64,000 bases of DNA, taken from the NCBI GenBank assembly GCA_964016885.1, contig CAXHJY010000270.1, positions 1-64,000 of the forward strand, in the 5' to 3' direction. Position 1 is the stretch's first letter. Each line of letters begins with the position of its first letter. A program made the position numbers and the translations under genes. Positions 16,201-29,701 of this stretch are shown here, piece after piece. Source of the stretch: Eledone cirrhosa (taxonomy: Eukaryota). A model generated the notes under the pieces. That model saw only the letters and a list, made by a program, of their open reading frames with translations. It ran no database searches and was not told the origin of the DNA.

Positions 16201-16266
16201 TTCATTTACCAGTGGTTTCTTGAAGGCAGATATTTATATCTGTCTGTCTTCAGTCGTCAGAATGAA
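16201..16266 (-). ncRNA. Type I hammerhead ribozyme
   Basis: Minus strand: TTCATT CTGACGA [cTGAAG..CAGATAT-aa-ATATCTG..CTTCAa] GAAA CCA-c-TGG TA AATGAA; 6-bp stem I, GUA triplet, first stem II pair mismatched. Confidence 0.75.
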
Positions 16267-16353
16267 TAAATAACATCTAGATGTTATTTATTCAGTCTGA
16301 CGACCGAATGCTTCGATAGCAGAGGCCTGTGGAGCATACAGAACATCAGAGCA

Positions 16354-16545
16354 CTATCTGGACTATTAATACCAGTTGTGATAATGTAGTGTTGATAATA
16401 TAGATATCTAGACTATTAATACCAGTTGTGATAATGTAGTGTTGATAATATAGATATCTAGACTATTAATACCAGTTGTGATAATGTACAGTAGATATTT
16501 AGATTAAGGTAGATATCTAGATTATACCAGTTGTGATAATGTTGA
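16354..16545. repeat. ~50-bp tandem repeat, 3-4 copies
   Basis: TATCTAGACTATTAATACCAGTTGTGATAATGT recurs. Confidence 0.85.
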
Positions 16546-16624
16546 GTTAATAATGTTATTTCGTATTTGGACTTGTTTTGCAAGTTTCTTTTATGTGAAA
16601 ACGTGTGTGGAAACAGATAATTTT

Positions 16625-16925
16625 ATTGTTTGGGGAGGTTCATGCTGCCAATAAAAACACACGCATCAGTTAGTTTTCACTTCAATTTATTATTATAATT
16701 TACCCCAAGTTATTTAAATAACCAGATTGTTGTTTAACTGTTAAATATCAAACCTTTATCGTCACACATTCTGTGACCTCTTCAGTGACAAAGTTTATTA
16801 ATTTGTGTCTCCTCTTTGGCAATCAACAACTGAAACATCCGTTTATTAAACCAACGATAAATTACATTGAAATCGAACTCAACTGTTGCGTGTGTTTTTA
16901 TTGGCAGCATGGCCTTCCCAAACTA
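16625..16925 (-). mobile_element. Penelope-like pLTR remnant with decayed hammerhead (16746-16790) and inverted end
   Basis: Minus strand TGTCA CTGAAGA G GTCAC..GTGAC GATA (GAAA mutated) matches 23749. 16629-16670 and 16881-16922 are inverted and match 23903-23947. Confidence 0.7.
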
Positions 16926-16947
16926 CACACACACACGCACACACACG

Positions 16948-16992
<45 letters not shown>

Positions 16993-17177
16993 ACACCCAC
17001 ACACATATATATATATACAAATATTTATACATATGCATATATATATACGAGATATATATATATATATGAATGTGTGTATTTAAATATATGTGTGTGTGTG
17101 TGTGTGTATGTATGTACATGCATACAAACTCACATACACACAAACACACACATATATATACACACACACACACATTC

Positions 17178-17220
<43 letters not shown>

Positions 17221-17279
17221 TTCATATATATATATATACACACACACAAATATATATATATACACACACACACACATTC

Positions 17280-17314
<35 letters not shown>

Positions 17315-17321
17315 TACACAT

Positions 17322-17378
<57 letters not shown>

Positions 17379-17385
17379 TACACAT

Positions 17386-17418
<33 letters not shown>

Positions 17419-17435
17419 CACACATTCATATATAT
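16925..17435. repeat. (CA)n/(TA)n compound microsatellite
   Basis: Visible. Confidence 0.95.
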
Positions 17436-17717
17436 AGTGCGTTCATACAACACGTGCAATATACAACTTAATCACTTTTTGAGCAGCCATATTGAGAAGT
17501 GCTGTTTCGCCAACAACAATACCAACATCTCCATCAATTCAAATGGCTTTTAAGTATTCTATCATTCCATTCTTATTTTCGTTGTCCTTGTTCTTGCTAT
17601 TGTTGTTGTTGTCGTTTACGTGTCTTTATCAATGTATTAATGTACTTCTCGTCTATTTTTTCTCCTATTTATCATAGCTCTCTTGTCAAATACTCCGTAT
17701 GTGTAATGTGTAAAAGT

Positions 17718-18590
17718 CGCCGCCATTGTTGCCACCGCCATTGCTCCCACGTCGCCACTACTCCCGTCGCCATTGCTCCCACGTCGCCATTGCTCCCGTC
17801 GCCATTACTGTCACCGCCGCCATTGCTCCCGTCGCCATTGCTCCCGTCGCCATTACTGTCACCGGCATTACACCCGTCGCCATTGCTCCCGTCGCCATTA
17901 CTCCCCTCGCCATTACTGTCACCGCCATTACACCCGTCGCCATTGTTCCCGTAGCCATTACTGCTGCCGCCATTTCCCCCGCCGCCATTACACCCGTCGC
18001 CATTACACACGTCACCATTGTTCCCGTCGCCATTACTGCTGCCGCAATTACCTCCGCCGCCATTACAGCCACCGCCATTACTCCTGTCGCCATTACTGCC
18101 ACCACCATTGCTCCTGCCGCCATTACTGCCACCGCCATTGCTCCCGTCGCCATTACCGCCACCACCATTGCTCCCGCCGCCATTACTGCCACCGCCATTA
18201 CCCCCGTCGCCATTACTGCCACCACCATTGCTCCCGCCGCCATTACAGCCACCACCATTGCTCTCGGCGCCATTACCGCCACCACCATTGCTCCCACCGC
18301 CATTACTGCCACCACCATTACTCTCGCCGCCATTACAGACACCGCCATTACTCCCGTCGCCATTACCGCCACCACCATTGCTCCCACCGCCATTACTGCC
18401 ACCACCATTACTCTCGCCGCCATTACCGCCACCACCATTGCTCCCGTCGCCATTACAGCCACCATTATTGCTCCCACCGCCATTACTGCCACCACCATTA
18501 CTCTCGCCGCCATTACCGCCACCACCATTACTCCCACCATAACTCCCTTCGCCATTACTCCCACCATAACTCCCGCCGCCATTACTACTG
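17718..18590. repeat. 15/30-bp C-rich minisatellite (CCATTRCTCCCGYCG-like)
   Basis: CCATT recurs every 15 bp; open in several frames on both strands, as expected for a stop-free repeat. Confidence 0.92.
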
Positions 18591-18877
18591 CTGCAGCAAC
18601 TAATATTTTTTTTTTGCCTCCATTTTGAAGCTCATAAAAAAATCATAATTCATTTGGTAGACAGAACAACAGCCACAGACACCAAACATATTCCATACGT
18701 CACACATACACATAGTACGTAGCCCTCTCATAATACCCACACACAAACATATACACAAACATATACACAAACACATACATATATGTATGTATATATATTT
18801 ATATATTTATGTACATATATACATACACACACTCATATATATATATATGATATATATGTATCAGTGAGTGGATGGGC

Positions 18878-19028
<151 letters not shown>

Positions 19029-19535
19029 ATATATATACATCCGTAGGAGCAAGTACGTTAACTAACAAACATAAATCTGACGCCTGCACGTACTCATATA
19101 TGAAATATATACGCATACATATATACTTACATAGATACTTTCAGACAAATACACAAATATACATACGTACATACATACGTTTATACATACACACATACAT
19201 ACATACACACATACATACTTAAATACATAAATACATATAAACACATATAGATACATATATATACATATATATACATACGTACTTACATACTTATATAGAC
19301 ACATACATGCACATATACATACATACATACATACATACACACACTTATATACATACAGGTATACATACATATATACACAGATATATACACAGATATATAC
19401 ATACATATATATATACATGCATATATACATATATACACACATGCATTCATACATATATACATATATACATACATACATATATATATACACACATAAACAC
19501 ACACACACACACATACATACATATATATATATACC

Positions 19536-19570
<35 letters not shown>

Positions 19571-20164
19571 GGTGGCTGCCAACTCGTTTTCGAGTACGGA
19601 CACTACTTTATATCCATGTAGGAGAACCCCTACCGATGCGCTGAACGAGTGTGACTTTTTAGTCCAGCCAGCGACTTGAAAACTCTGGTACAAACACTAC
19701 ACTTGTGACAATTATTGACACATAGTACTGGGCCCATGGTACCATGTGACGACAAGTGCAGAGAGATCTCCAGATATAAAGCAATGCCTGTGCCGTGAAG
19801 CTTTTATAGTGAGCAAAGGCACTGCACAAAGCCACTTCCACTCTCTTAACCAAGATGATATTTACCAAAAAGAAGAACAAGTCAACATCATTGGATACCA
19901 TCAGGGTTGCAGGTGTTATATCAGAGTTTTCCTTCTCCTAGAATTCTGCCTTGACAAAGGCTAAGGGGTCATCTCTCCCGGTGATTTTGGATGGCCATTG
20001 ACTCTTAAGAGCTTCTTTGCCCTTTGACAGGTTTTGTTTTTAGTCCTGCAGGATGTCCAAAGTCACCCTCCTCACCAAGAAACCTTGGTGGGGTTGCTAG
20101 TTTAGTCGCCAACGACCCGACCATGAGACAGGTTGTACTGGGAAACATGTTACCAGTAGCACCA
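19571..20164 (-). mobile_element. Non-autonomous RTE-derived element, longest copy (~590 bp)
   Basis: 5' part contains CTAGGAGAAGGAAAACTCTGA (recognised as RTE 5'-UTR-like); 3' part has the zinc-finger remnant and a microsatellite tail. Confidence 0.8.
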
Positions 20165-20324
20165 ACATACATACATACTTATACATACAATGGTTGTCGT
20201 TATTATCTATTGTTTCAGTCCTAATCAAATAGATCTATAATCAATCGTGTTCCAGCCATGGTCGAGGTTTCGCATTTAGGCCTCTATTGAATACAGCTAC
20301 GATCGTTTCATAGACCAGAATCTA

Positions 20325-20459
<135 letters not shown>

Positions 20460-20679
20460 ACAATAACAATAATATTAATAAATAAAATAGAACAAACAAT
20501 AATAAGTAAATAAAAGGAAATATAAAAAGAAACAGTGAAGAAAGGTGATAGAGAAAAGTTGGTAAATGTGATGGAAGGTGCTTAGAGATCAATCAATCAT
20601 GATTGGAAAGTCTTGTGACAGCACACAAAATTGAAACAATCAATCTAAAGTGATTGATGAGGTAAGTTCGCTCCACTAA

Positions 20680-21160
20680 GTTCGGTTCAGTTCGGTTTGG
20701 TTCGGTTCAGTTTGGTTTAGTTTCGTTCAGTTCGGTTCAGTCCGGTTCGGTTTGGTTCAGTTTCGTTCGGTTTGGTTCAGTTTCGTTCGGTTTGATTCAG
20801 ATTCGTTCGGTTTGGTTCAGTTTCGTTCGCTACGTTCGGTTTTGTCCAGTTTCATTCGGTTTGGTTCAGTTTCGTTCGGTTTGGTTCAGTTTCGTTCGCT
20901 ACGTTCGGTTTTGTCCAGTTTCGTTCAGTTTCGTTCGGTTTGGTTTGGTTTGGTTCAGTTTGGTTCAGTTTTGCTCAGTTTCGGTCGATTTTGTCCAGTT
21001 TGGTTCTGTTTCGGTCGGTTTTGTCCAATTTCGTTCAGGTTCGTTCAGTTTTATTCGGTTTCGTTCGATTTCGTCCAGTTTCGTCCGCTACGTTCGGGTT
21101 GGTTCAGTTTCGTTCGATTTGGTTCAGTATGGTTTCGTTTCGATCGGTTTTGGTCGGTTC
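20680..21160. repeat. Pentamer satellite (GTTCG/GTTCA/GTTTG/GTTTC)n
   Basis: Visible 5-bp periodicity. Confidence 0.93.
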
Positions 21161-21279
21161 TCCAGATCTAGAGGTTACTGTAATAGTAAAAAGAGTGCAA
21201 TGTCATTATTGACTGTGTTTCTGTGTTTGCGGTTTGGTTGCCACGTTTCTCGTTGCTAATGCTGATAATTTCCATTTCA

Positions 21280-22200
<921 letters not shown>

Positions 22201-22519
22201 AATGCCCATAAAACGTCTTAATGGATCAGTACCTCTAAGTACAAAATATTTCTTGCTTACCAACGCTGGATTGCTAATTTCTTGCTCACTAAAACTAAAA
22301 ACACAACAGAAATAATAGGAAAAGATGGCGACAAGAGTGGAAAGCCTTTCCTCATTTGATTGGTCAGAGTCTAGAGTGCAGCGTCTGTCTGTTGTCTGGA
22401 CTGGTGTTTACTTAATGTAAACCTTCTCGCTCAATCACATAGCCAGCTGCAATGTTTGGTTCCAATTAAGTACATCACACTTACCTCCCTTTGTCTCTTC
22501 TCACTATTTACACATCCCC

Positions 22520-22520
<1 letters not shown>

Positions 22521-22574
<54 letters not shown>

Positions 22575-22863
22575 ACAACAACAACTTCCCTATCCTCATC
22601 CTCGCCTTCACCACCATCATCAGCATTACCATCATCATCATCATCGTCATCACCACCAGCATCACCACCGCCACCACCACCACCTCCATCATCACAATCA
22701 TCATCACCATCATCATCATCATCATCATCAACAACAACAACAACAACTTCCCTATCCTCATCCTCGCCTTCACCACCATCATCAGCATTACCATCATCAT
22801 CATCGTCATCACCACCAGCATCACCACCACCACCACCACCATCATCATCGCAATCATCATCAC

Positions 22864-22896
<33 letters not shown>

Positions 22897-23018
22897 TATC
22901 ACCATCACCATCATCATTATTATCATCACTATCATCATCATCACCATCATCACCATGGCCATCATAACCATCATCACCATCACCATCACCACCATATCAA
23001 TGATCAATATCATCATCA
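22521..23018. repeat. (CAT/CAC)n trinucleotide tract with internal ~160-bp duplication
   Basis: CTTCCCTATCCTCATCCTCGCCTT occurs at 22585 and 22747. Confidence 0.93.
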
Positions 23019-23064
23019 ACTTCCAATTGGTTATCGTTAACCCAAGTATGAAGACACTCTACAC

Positions 23065-23310
23065 CAGGCATGTCAAACCGAGGGCTCGCGAGCGCCACAT
23101 GGGTCACATATGTGTTGTCTGAGGGCCACATGTGTTGTCTGAGGGTCACATATGTTGTCTGAGTGTCACATATGTGTTGTCTGAGGGTCACATGTGTTGT
23201 CTGAGTGTCACATATGTTGTCTGAGTGTCACATATGTGTTGTCTGAGGGCCACATATGTTGTCTGAGGGCCACATACGTTGTCTGAGGGTCACATAAGTG
23301 TTGTCTGAGT
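23065..23310 (+). mobile_element. hAT (Charlie-like) left end followed by a 20-22-bp minisatellite
   Basis: CAGGCATGTCAAAC resembles hAT/Charlie TIRs; GTCACATATGTGTTGTCTGAG repeats about 10 times; no right TIR seen. Confidence 0.5.
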
Positions 23311-23370
23311 TTATTTACATGTTACTGGTTGGTTGTTTGTTCTATGTGTGTGTGTGTTTTCATTTTGTCC

Positions 23371-23640
23371 TTAACTGTAAGTTGTGATGTTGCTGTTCCA
23401 CTCATATTTTCTATTTAATTTTGGTTGTAATTCTTTTATGTTTATTGCCTCTGTAATTTGCCTAAACATTGCGTCTTTTCTGTGTGTAGATTCTATTTTT
23501 ATTTCTATGTTCTCTAATTTACCCTTGTGTTCTATTTTAGCATGTTGGCAGAGTACAGATGATTCTTTACTATCTTGAAGGTCTCGCCAGTGTTCATTTA
23601 TCCGTTCCCCTACACTACGAGCTGTCTCACCTATGTACAC
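23371..23640 (-). pseudogene. Penelope-like element GIY-YIG endonuclease, C-terminal fragment
   Basis: VYIGETARSVGERINEH...QH...EAINIKELQPKLNR matches the PLE GIY-YIG pattern; the upstream GIY half and RT are absent. Confidence 0.88.
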
Positions 23641-23748
23641 CCGGATGTGACGCATGCGCAGACTGAGCACACAACACACACACAGAAACAAAATGGCGTA
23701 GGACAGAACAAAGGAGAGGCACAAAAACAAAGAAGAAAAGAATCCCCA

Positions 23749-23791
23749 GTCACTGAAGAGGTCACAGAGTGTGTGACGAAAGAACTATGAC
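23749..23791 (+). ncRNA. Minimal type I hammerhead in the inverted pLTR of the Penelope fragment
   Basis: GTCA CTGAAGA G GTCAC-agagtgt-GTGAC GAAA GAAC TA TGAC; one extra base before stem II. Confidence 0.75.
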
Positions 23792-23950
23792 AATATATAA
23801 ACAACTATCTGGTTGTGGAACCAACCAACCAACCAGAAATTTATAAATTTATAAATATAAATTTATAAATTTATTATTTATTATAATAAATTGAAGTGAA
23901 AGCAACTGGTGCGTGTGTTTTTTATTGGCAACATGACCCTCCCAAAGTAT

Positions 23951-23982
<32 letters not shown>

Positions 23983-23985
<3 letters not shown>

Positions 23986-24194
23986 AACGAGTAGGACCCC
24001 GACGGCTGAGCTCAAGCCGTTTCGACGGCTAATTCTTGACTAAAAAAATCATTTTTTAGTCCAGAATTAGCCGTCGAAACGGCTTGAGCTCAGCCGTCGG
24101 AGTCCTACTCGTTCCTATTACCCACTCTACTACCCTAAGTATTGAGTACTTTGGTGCGTTATGGTCCACCTGGTTCCTTACCACATTTCCTTCG

Positions 24195-24196
<2 letters not shown>
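23983..24196 (+). mobile_element. Family F fold-back copy (near-perfect ~135-bp palindrome plus tail)
   Basis: 23983-24048 is the reverse complement of 24052-24117; then the family tail; (TA)n on both sides. Confidence 0.85.
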
Positions 24197-24229
<33 letters not shown>

Positions 24230-24270
24230 AAAGAATAGAGGTGTAACACACAAGTTATTATATATTGGTA

Positions 24271-24650
24271 AACGGAATAGAAAATGCTGACAAATTGTTC
24301 ACAGTTGAAAAATGGTTTAATTAGGAATAAAAGAGTATTAGTGATTGTATGGGTTAGTATTCAGTTGTGGTTTTAAGTTTTTAAGTTTTTACCGGTTGCG
24401 CATTTCTAAATGCTTTTCAAAAATAATTTTGAGATAGAGTGTCCGTGTTGTTTGCTCAGATCAGAGCAAGCAGCACGGACACTCTATCTCAAAATTATTT
24501 TTGAAAAGCATTTAGAAATGCGCAACCGGTAAAAACTTAAAAACTTAAAACCACAACTGAATACTAACCCATACAATCACTAATACTCTTTTATTCCTAA
24601 TTAAACCATTTTTCAACTGTGAACAATTTGTCAGCATTTTTTATTCCGTT
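24271..24650. repeat. ~380-bp near-perfect palindrome
   Basis: AACGGAATAGAAAATGCTGACAAATTG...GCTC agatca GAGC...CAATTTGTCAGCATTTTTTATTCCGTT; centre near 24460; only a few mismatches. Confidence 0.93.
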
Positions 24651-24714
24651 GATATGTTGATTTAAAACTGCACTATCAACAAGTGTTTTTTTAGCCTTCA
24701 TATCATGTTCTCCT

Positions 24715-24783
24715 GTTTTATCTGATGAAAACACAAATATTATTGCTTGATGATGTTTGTTTTTGAAATGCGCATAATAAAAT
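24715..24783 (+). ncRNA. Type I hammerhead ribozyme
   Basis: GTTTTAT CTGATGA [~16-bp AU/GU-rich stem II, loop GCTT] GAAA TGCGCA TA ATAAAAT; palindromic stem III. Confidence 0.8.
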
Positions 24784-24814
24784 ATATGGAACTCCTTTAA
24801 CCATCTTTTGTTCT

Positions 24815-24873
<59 letters not shown>

Positions 24874-25026
24874 TATGACCAAAAGTTAAACAAGCTCCAT
24901 TATATTTAGTTTGTCATGTTAGTATTTATGGTATATAAATATTGAGTTTTGTTGTAATTAATCACTGCCAAGGCTGGAATTGACCACCAGCACAGTTGAG
25001 GTATGTCACATATCAATTTATATATT

Positions 25027-25084
25027 TTATCTGATGAGGACGTACTGAAAAAACAGCACAATACCTCCGAAATATATATAATGG
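25027..25084 (+). ncRNA. Type I hammerhead, weak stem I
   Basis: TTAT CTGATGA GGAcGTA..TACcTCC GAAA TATATA TA ATGG. Confidence 0.6.
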
Positions 25085-25114
25085 TTTCTTATATAGGCAC
25101 AAGGACAGCTAATT

Positions 25115-25252
25115 CAGTCCAGAATTAGCCGTCGAAACGGCTTGAGCTCAGCCGTCGGGGTCCTACTCGTTCCTATTACCCACTCTACTACCCTAAGTAT
25201 TGAGTACTTTGGTGCGTTATGGTCCACCTGGTTCCTTACCACATTTCCTTCG

Positions 25253-25284
<32 letters not shown>

Positions 25285-25590
25285 CAATAAGTATGACCCC
25301 GAGGGCAGAGCTCAAGCCGTTTCGACGGCTAATTCTGGACTAAATAAGAATTTTTAGCCTGGTAAATAAATAGCCGAACTTCTCAGGGGTAATTCCTTAT
25401 ATAGGAAGATAGTAATGGTCCAAATTAATTAGAGGGTAGGTTATCAAGATAAGGCCTAAAAAGGGGTCTGGTCTAGATTTCTTCTAATATATGTATAGAC
25501 TGTATGATTTATGGGAAAAGAAACAGGGGTAGAACATACCCCGCTGGTGAGACACTCCATAAATGATCTGCTCTCAATCTATTCTACTTT
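25115..25590. mobile_element. Two family F copies tail-to-tail around a (TA)n (25115-25253 +; 25283-~25590 -)
   Basis: Shared GCCGTCGAAACGGCTTGAGCTC core; the minus copy continues upstream without folding back. Confidence 0.8.
25296..25390 (-). ncRNA. Hammerhead-like motif with CUGAGAA core (family F)
   Basis: Minus strand: ACCC CTGAGAA GttCGGCTA..GGCTAAA-loop-TTTAGTC..TAGCCGtC GAAA CGGC-ttgagctct-GCCc TC GGGGT. Confidence 0.65.
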
Positions 25591-25599
25591 ATTATATAT

Positions 25600-26400
25600 A
25601 AGTATGAAAGGCAAAGCTAACCTCGGCGAGATTTGAACACAGACCATAAAGGTCCGTAACTCTATGCTGCAAAGCATCGTGTCCAAAGTTCTACCCATAC
25701 TACTATTAATAGTTGTTTCTACTTTTAGCACAAGGCCAGCAATTACCTCAGTACATTACTGGTACTTTATTTTATCGACCCCGTAAGGATGAAAGGTAAA
25801 GTTAACCTCGGCGGGATTTGAACTCAGAACGCAAAGGGACGTAACTCTATGCTGACTAATAATGCTTTCCTATATAGGCACAAGGCCAGCAATTCAGGGG
25901 AGGGGAAAGCCGATTAAATCGACCCCAGTACCTGACTGGTACTTGATTTTATCGACCCCGTAAGGATGAAAGGCTTAGTTAACTTCGGCGGGATTTGAAC
26001 TCAGATCATAAAGGGCCGTAACTCTATGCTGCAAAGCATGGCGTCCGACCTTCTACCGATACTGCCAATCCAGCGCTACTACTGATATTAATAGCTTTTA
26101 TTTTTGGCACAAGGCCAGCAATTACCACCATTGCATTACTGGTACTTTATTTTATCGACCCCGTTAGGATGAAAGGCTAAGTTAACCTCGGCGGGATTTG
26201 AACTCAGATCATAAAGGGCCGTAACTCTATGCTGCAAAGCATGGCGTCCGACCTTCTACCGATACTGCCAATCCAGCGCTACTACTGATATTAATAGCTT
26301 TTATTTTTGGCACAAGGCCAGCAATTACCACCATTACATTACTGGTACTTTATTTTATCGACCCCGTAAGGATGAAAGGCAAAGTTAACCTCGGCGGGAT
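25600..26400 (-). mobile_element. Cluster of five head-to-tail SINE copies including a ~203-bp tandem duplication
   Basis: TTTATCGACCCCGT(A/T)AGGATGAAAGG at about 25771, 25948, 26151 and 26354, plus a partial copy at 25605. Confidence 0.88.
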
Positions 26401-26750
26401 TGATAATAATGAGTAGAAACTTGGTGTATACATAACCGTATGTGTTTGACAGCGGAGGGAATAGAGTTTAAATATTTCTTTTATTAAGGCTAAAAAGTGA
26501 GTCTTCTAACTGTTTATCTGATAAACAGGCGAAACTCCAAAATAACAAAACTTTTTAGCATCATTAAAATAAATATAGACATTTAGTTCATGATTGACTC
26601 AGGATTTACAAATGTAAATTTTACACGTTTGGAGTCTGATTGTCTTGTCTAGTAGATGATTTGTTTATTACTGGCTTTGTTTTCCAAGTGCATTGTATAC
26701 GCATGGGGTATTCGATGTTTGCTTGTGTTTGTTCTATATATGTATATAGT

Positions 26751-26932
26751 TAGACCTGCCAACCTCTAAAAACCCAAACGGGGAATACCATGAAATAAAG
26801 TGCCCCAAAACGGGGAGAAATGAGGCAAAATGAGAAGATTTTACATAATGTAAGCTATACCCATTTTCACAATAGAAGACATCAAAGTGGGTGGGAGATC
26901 TCTCCGTCGGTTGGGGACAGTTGACAGGTCTG
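26751..26932. mobile_element. MITE with 13-bp TIRs and 6-bp TSD (one per array unit)
   Basis: (T/C)AGACCTGCCAAC ... GTTGACAGGTCTG flanked by TATAGT on both sides (26745-26750 and 26933-26938). Confidence 0.8.
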
Positions 26933-26936
26933 TATA

Positions 26937-26997
<61 letters not shown>

Positions 26998-27042
26998 GAA
27001 AGTAAAACAAAGAAGCCTTCAATACATCAAAAGTCTTTATTA

Positions 27043-27080
27043 GCCAACAATGTTTCGTCCTGTTAAGGACTCATCAGGGC
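27043..27080 (-). ncRNA. Minimal type I hammerhead, array unit 1
   Basis: Minus strand: GCC CTGATGA GTCCT-taac-AGGAC GAAA CA-t-TG TT GGC, then AATAAA. Confidence 0.85.
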
Positions 27081-27959
27081 AATTAAAACAACAAGAAGTA
27101 TTATCGGCCAATACAAGCCGAAAACTCCGAAGAATATGGAGTGTACATACACTAAAGTATTGCAATATTATGGGTAAACATATATAATAAAAATCACTAA
27201 GGAGGTGTATAACATTTAGAACCATATTACAAATATAGTCCAAAACATATATATATATATGCGCACCCCACATCTCTCCTCTTCCGACCACCACTTCATG
27301 GATTACCCACACGCAGAATTTGACTTACAAACAATCTACTAACATCCTTGGAACTTACCAACTTTTCAACCATCCTCTTGCGTAATCACCTATATAACTC
27401 ACCCGCACACACACCCCAAAAAATGTTTTTTCTCCACACGCCACCCACACCCACAACACGCTTAAACCCCACACACACGTGCTTCCCACCACCTATTTAC
27501 ACCCTCAGCCTCCTGATTCCTCTCCCCCCACCCCCCTATCCACACACGCACAGACACTGCGACCCCCCCCCCCTACACACCCCTTCTGAACATGCAACCC
27601 CGTTTTTCCCCCAACCCTTACTTTCACATACACACACACACACACACACACGCACACCTACACACACACACCAGCTTCAGCCCTCCCCGCTCGGACACCC
27701 CGTCTCCCTCTCCCCACTCCACCCGCCACCACCCCTACTCACCCCCATCCTTCCACCACCTGTTTACCCCCCTTTTAATTTTAGTTTATTTTGATCATGC
27801 CTTTATTTTTAAATTTTCTCATTCCTTGTATTTTGATCATGCTTTTTTTTTTATTTTTTATCTTTATTTGTTTTTTTTCATTCGCACCGTTTCCTTTCGC
27901 TATATGTCTCTCCACCACTCCTCTACACACCTTTTGAACTCTGTTCCCACACACTTCTC

Positions 27960-27994
27960 ACCTGAGGAAGGGCTTATGATGCCCGAAACGTCGT
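27960..27994 (+). ncRNA. Minimal type I hammerhead, stem I only 2 bp
   Basis: AC CTGAGGA A GGGC-ttatgat-GCCC GAAA CG TC GT; AATAAA downstream; lies in the unit-1-specific segment. Confidence 0.6.
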
Positions 27995-28089
27995 CCACCA
28001 CTTACCCCCCACTCTCCTGAGCGTGAAATTAATAAACATTTATTGTACTGCCTCTCTGTTTTGTCCCTGTTCAAAAAAATTGTTTCCAT

Positions 28090-28232
<143 letters not shown>

Positions 28233-29663
28233 TTGTGTTACTAAGTGTCAATACCAAGGACGTCTGTTTGACGTGACACTTTAAAAAACAAACACCGGCG
28301 TAATTACGGTGACATAATATTAATTACACCGCTTATTGTTTTAACGTCTTTTTACCTATCACCATGTGGATGTAGTTTTACACTGAAAAAATGGATGAAT
28401 GTTTATTCTTGGCGTGAATTACTGTAAGTACATGACTCAATGATATCTATAAATGTATGCTACCATGGGTAATATCACTAAATATGCCTACAACCATGTT
28501 TATTAATCCACGTAATTCAAATATTGTTATATTCGTTATGTGTGGAATTAGCCACACGATTAGCGACATGGAGTGATGACCCTTTATGTTCTGAGTTCAA
28601 ACCGCACAGAGGTTAATTTGCCTTTCATCCTTGCGGGATCGATAAAAATAAAGTACCAGTGATGCACTGGATCGATTTAATCGACTTGCCCCTCTCCCAA
28701 AATAGCTAATCTTGTGCTTGCATCAGAAACCATTATTTTCCCTATGTTTGGTGACTGTCAATTATATTTAATGTCTCTCTAACAATATTTTACTTCCAAT
28801 ATCAGGCTTTCCTGCTCAAAGCTTAAATAAATTTTCTTATATAGGCACAAAGCCAGCAATTTTGGGGTAGGGGAAAGTCGATTAAATCGACACAGTGCGT
28901 GACTGGTATTTTATTTTATCGACCCCGTAAGGATGAAAGGCAAAGTTAACCTCGGCGGGATTGATAATAATTGTTTCTACTTTAGGCACAAGGCCAGCAA
29001 ATACTCAGTTCATTACTGGTACTTTATTTTATCGACCCCCGTAAGGATGAAAGGCAAAGTCAACCTATAATGAGTAGAAACTTGGTGTATACATAACCGT
29101 ATGTGTTTGACAGCGGAGGGAATAGAGTTTAAATATTCCTTTTATTAAGGCTAAAAAGGGAGTCTTCTAACTGTTTATCTGATAAACAGGCGAAACTCCA
29201 GAATAACAAAACTTTTTAGCATCATTAAAATAAATATAGACATTTAGTTCATGATTGACTCAGGATTTACAAATGTAAATTTTACACGTTTGGAGTCTGA
29301 TGGTCTTGTCTAGTAGATGATTTGTTTATTACTGGCTTTGTTTTCCAAGTGCATTGTTTACGCATGGGGTATTCGATGTTTGCTTGTGTTTGTTCTATAT
29401 ATGTATATAGTTAGACCTGCCAACCTCTAAAAACCCAAGCGGGGAATACCATGAAATAAAGTGCCCCAAAACGGGGAGAAATGAGGCAAAATGAGAAGAT
29501 TTTACATAATGTAAGCTATACCCATTTTCACAATAGAAGACATCAAAGTGGGTGGGAGATCTCTCCGTCGGTTGGGGACTGTTGACAGGTCTGTATAGTA
29601 TATATATATATATATTATGAAAGTAAAACAAAGAAGCCTTCAATACATCAAAAGTCTTTATTA

Positions 29664-29701
29664 GCCAACAATGTTTCGTCCTATTAAGGACTCATCAGGG
29701 C
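29664..29701 (-). ncRNA. Minimal type I hammerhead, array unit 2
   Basis: As 27043, with one stem II loop change. Confidence 0.85.

Noticed and set aside
17726-18628. Mucin- or antifreeze-like ORF (AITPVAI..) and His/Arg/Cys-rich ORF
   Set aside because: A 15-bp minisatellite open in most frames on both strands; no splice or codon evidence to choose one.
20530-20667. Possible host exon ending at a strong donor GAG|GTAAGT
   Set aside because: All three frames have stops within ~60 nt upstream and no clear acceptor; a UTR exon cannot be excluded without RNA data.
22203-22450. Unique segment with a minus-strand donor-like site and CCAAT-like motifs
   Set aside because: Motifs too short to support a promoter or exon call.
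22456-23040. Poly-His ORF
   Set aside because: (CAT)n microsatellite; also reads poly-Ser and poly-Met in other frames.
26498-26540. CTGATAA..GAAAC as a type III hammerhead
   Set aside because: No stem I or stem II pairing; better explained as an imperfect palindrome.
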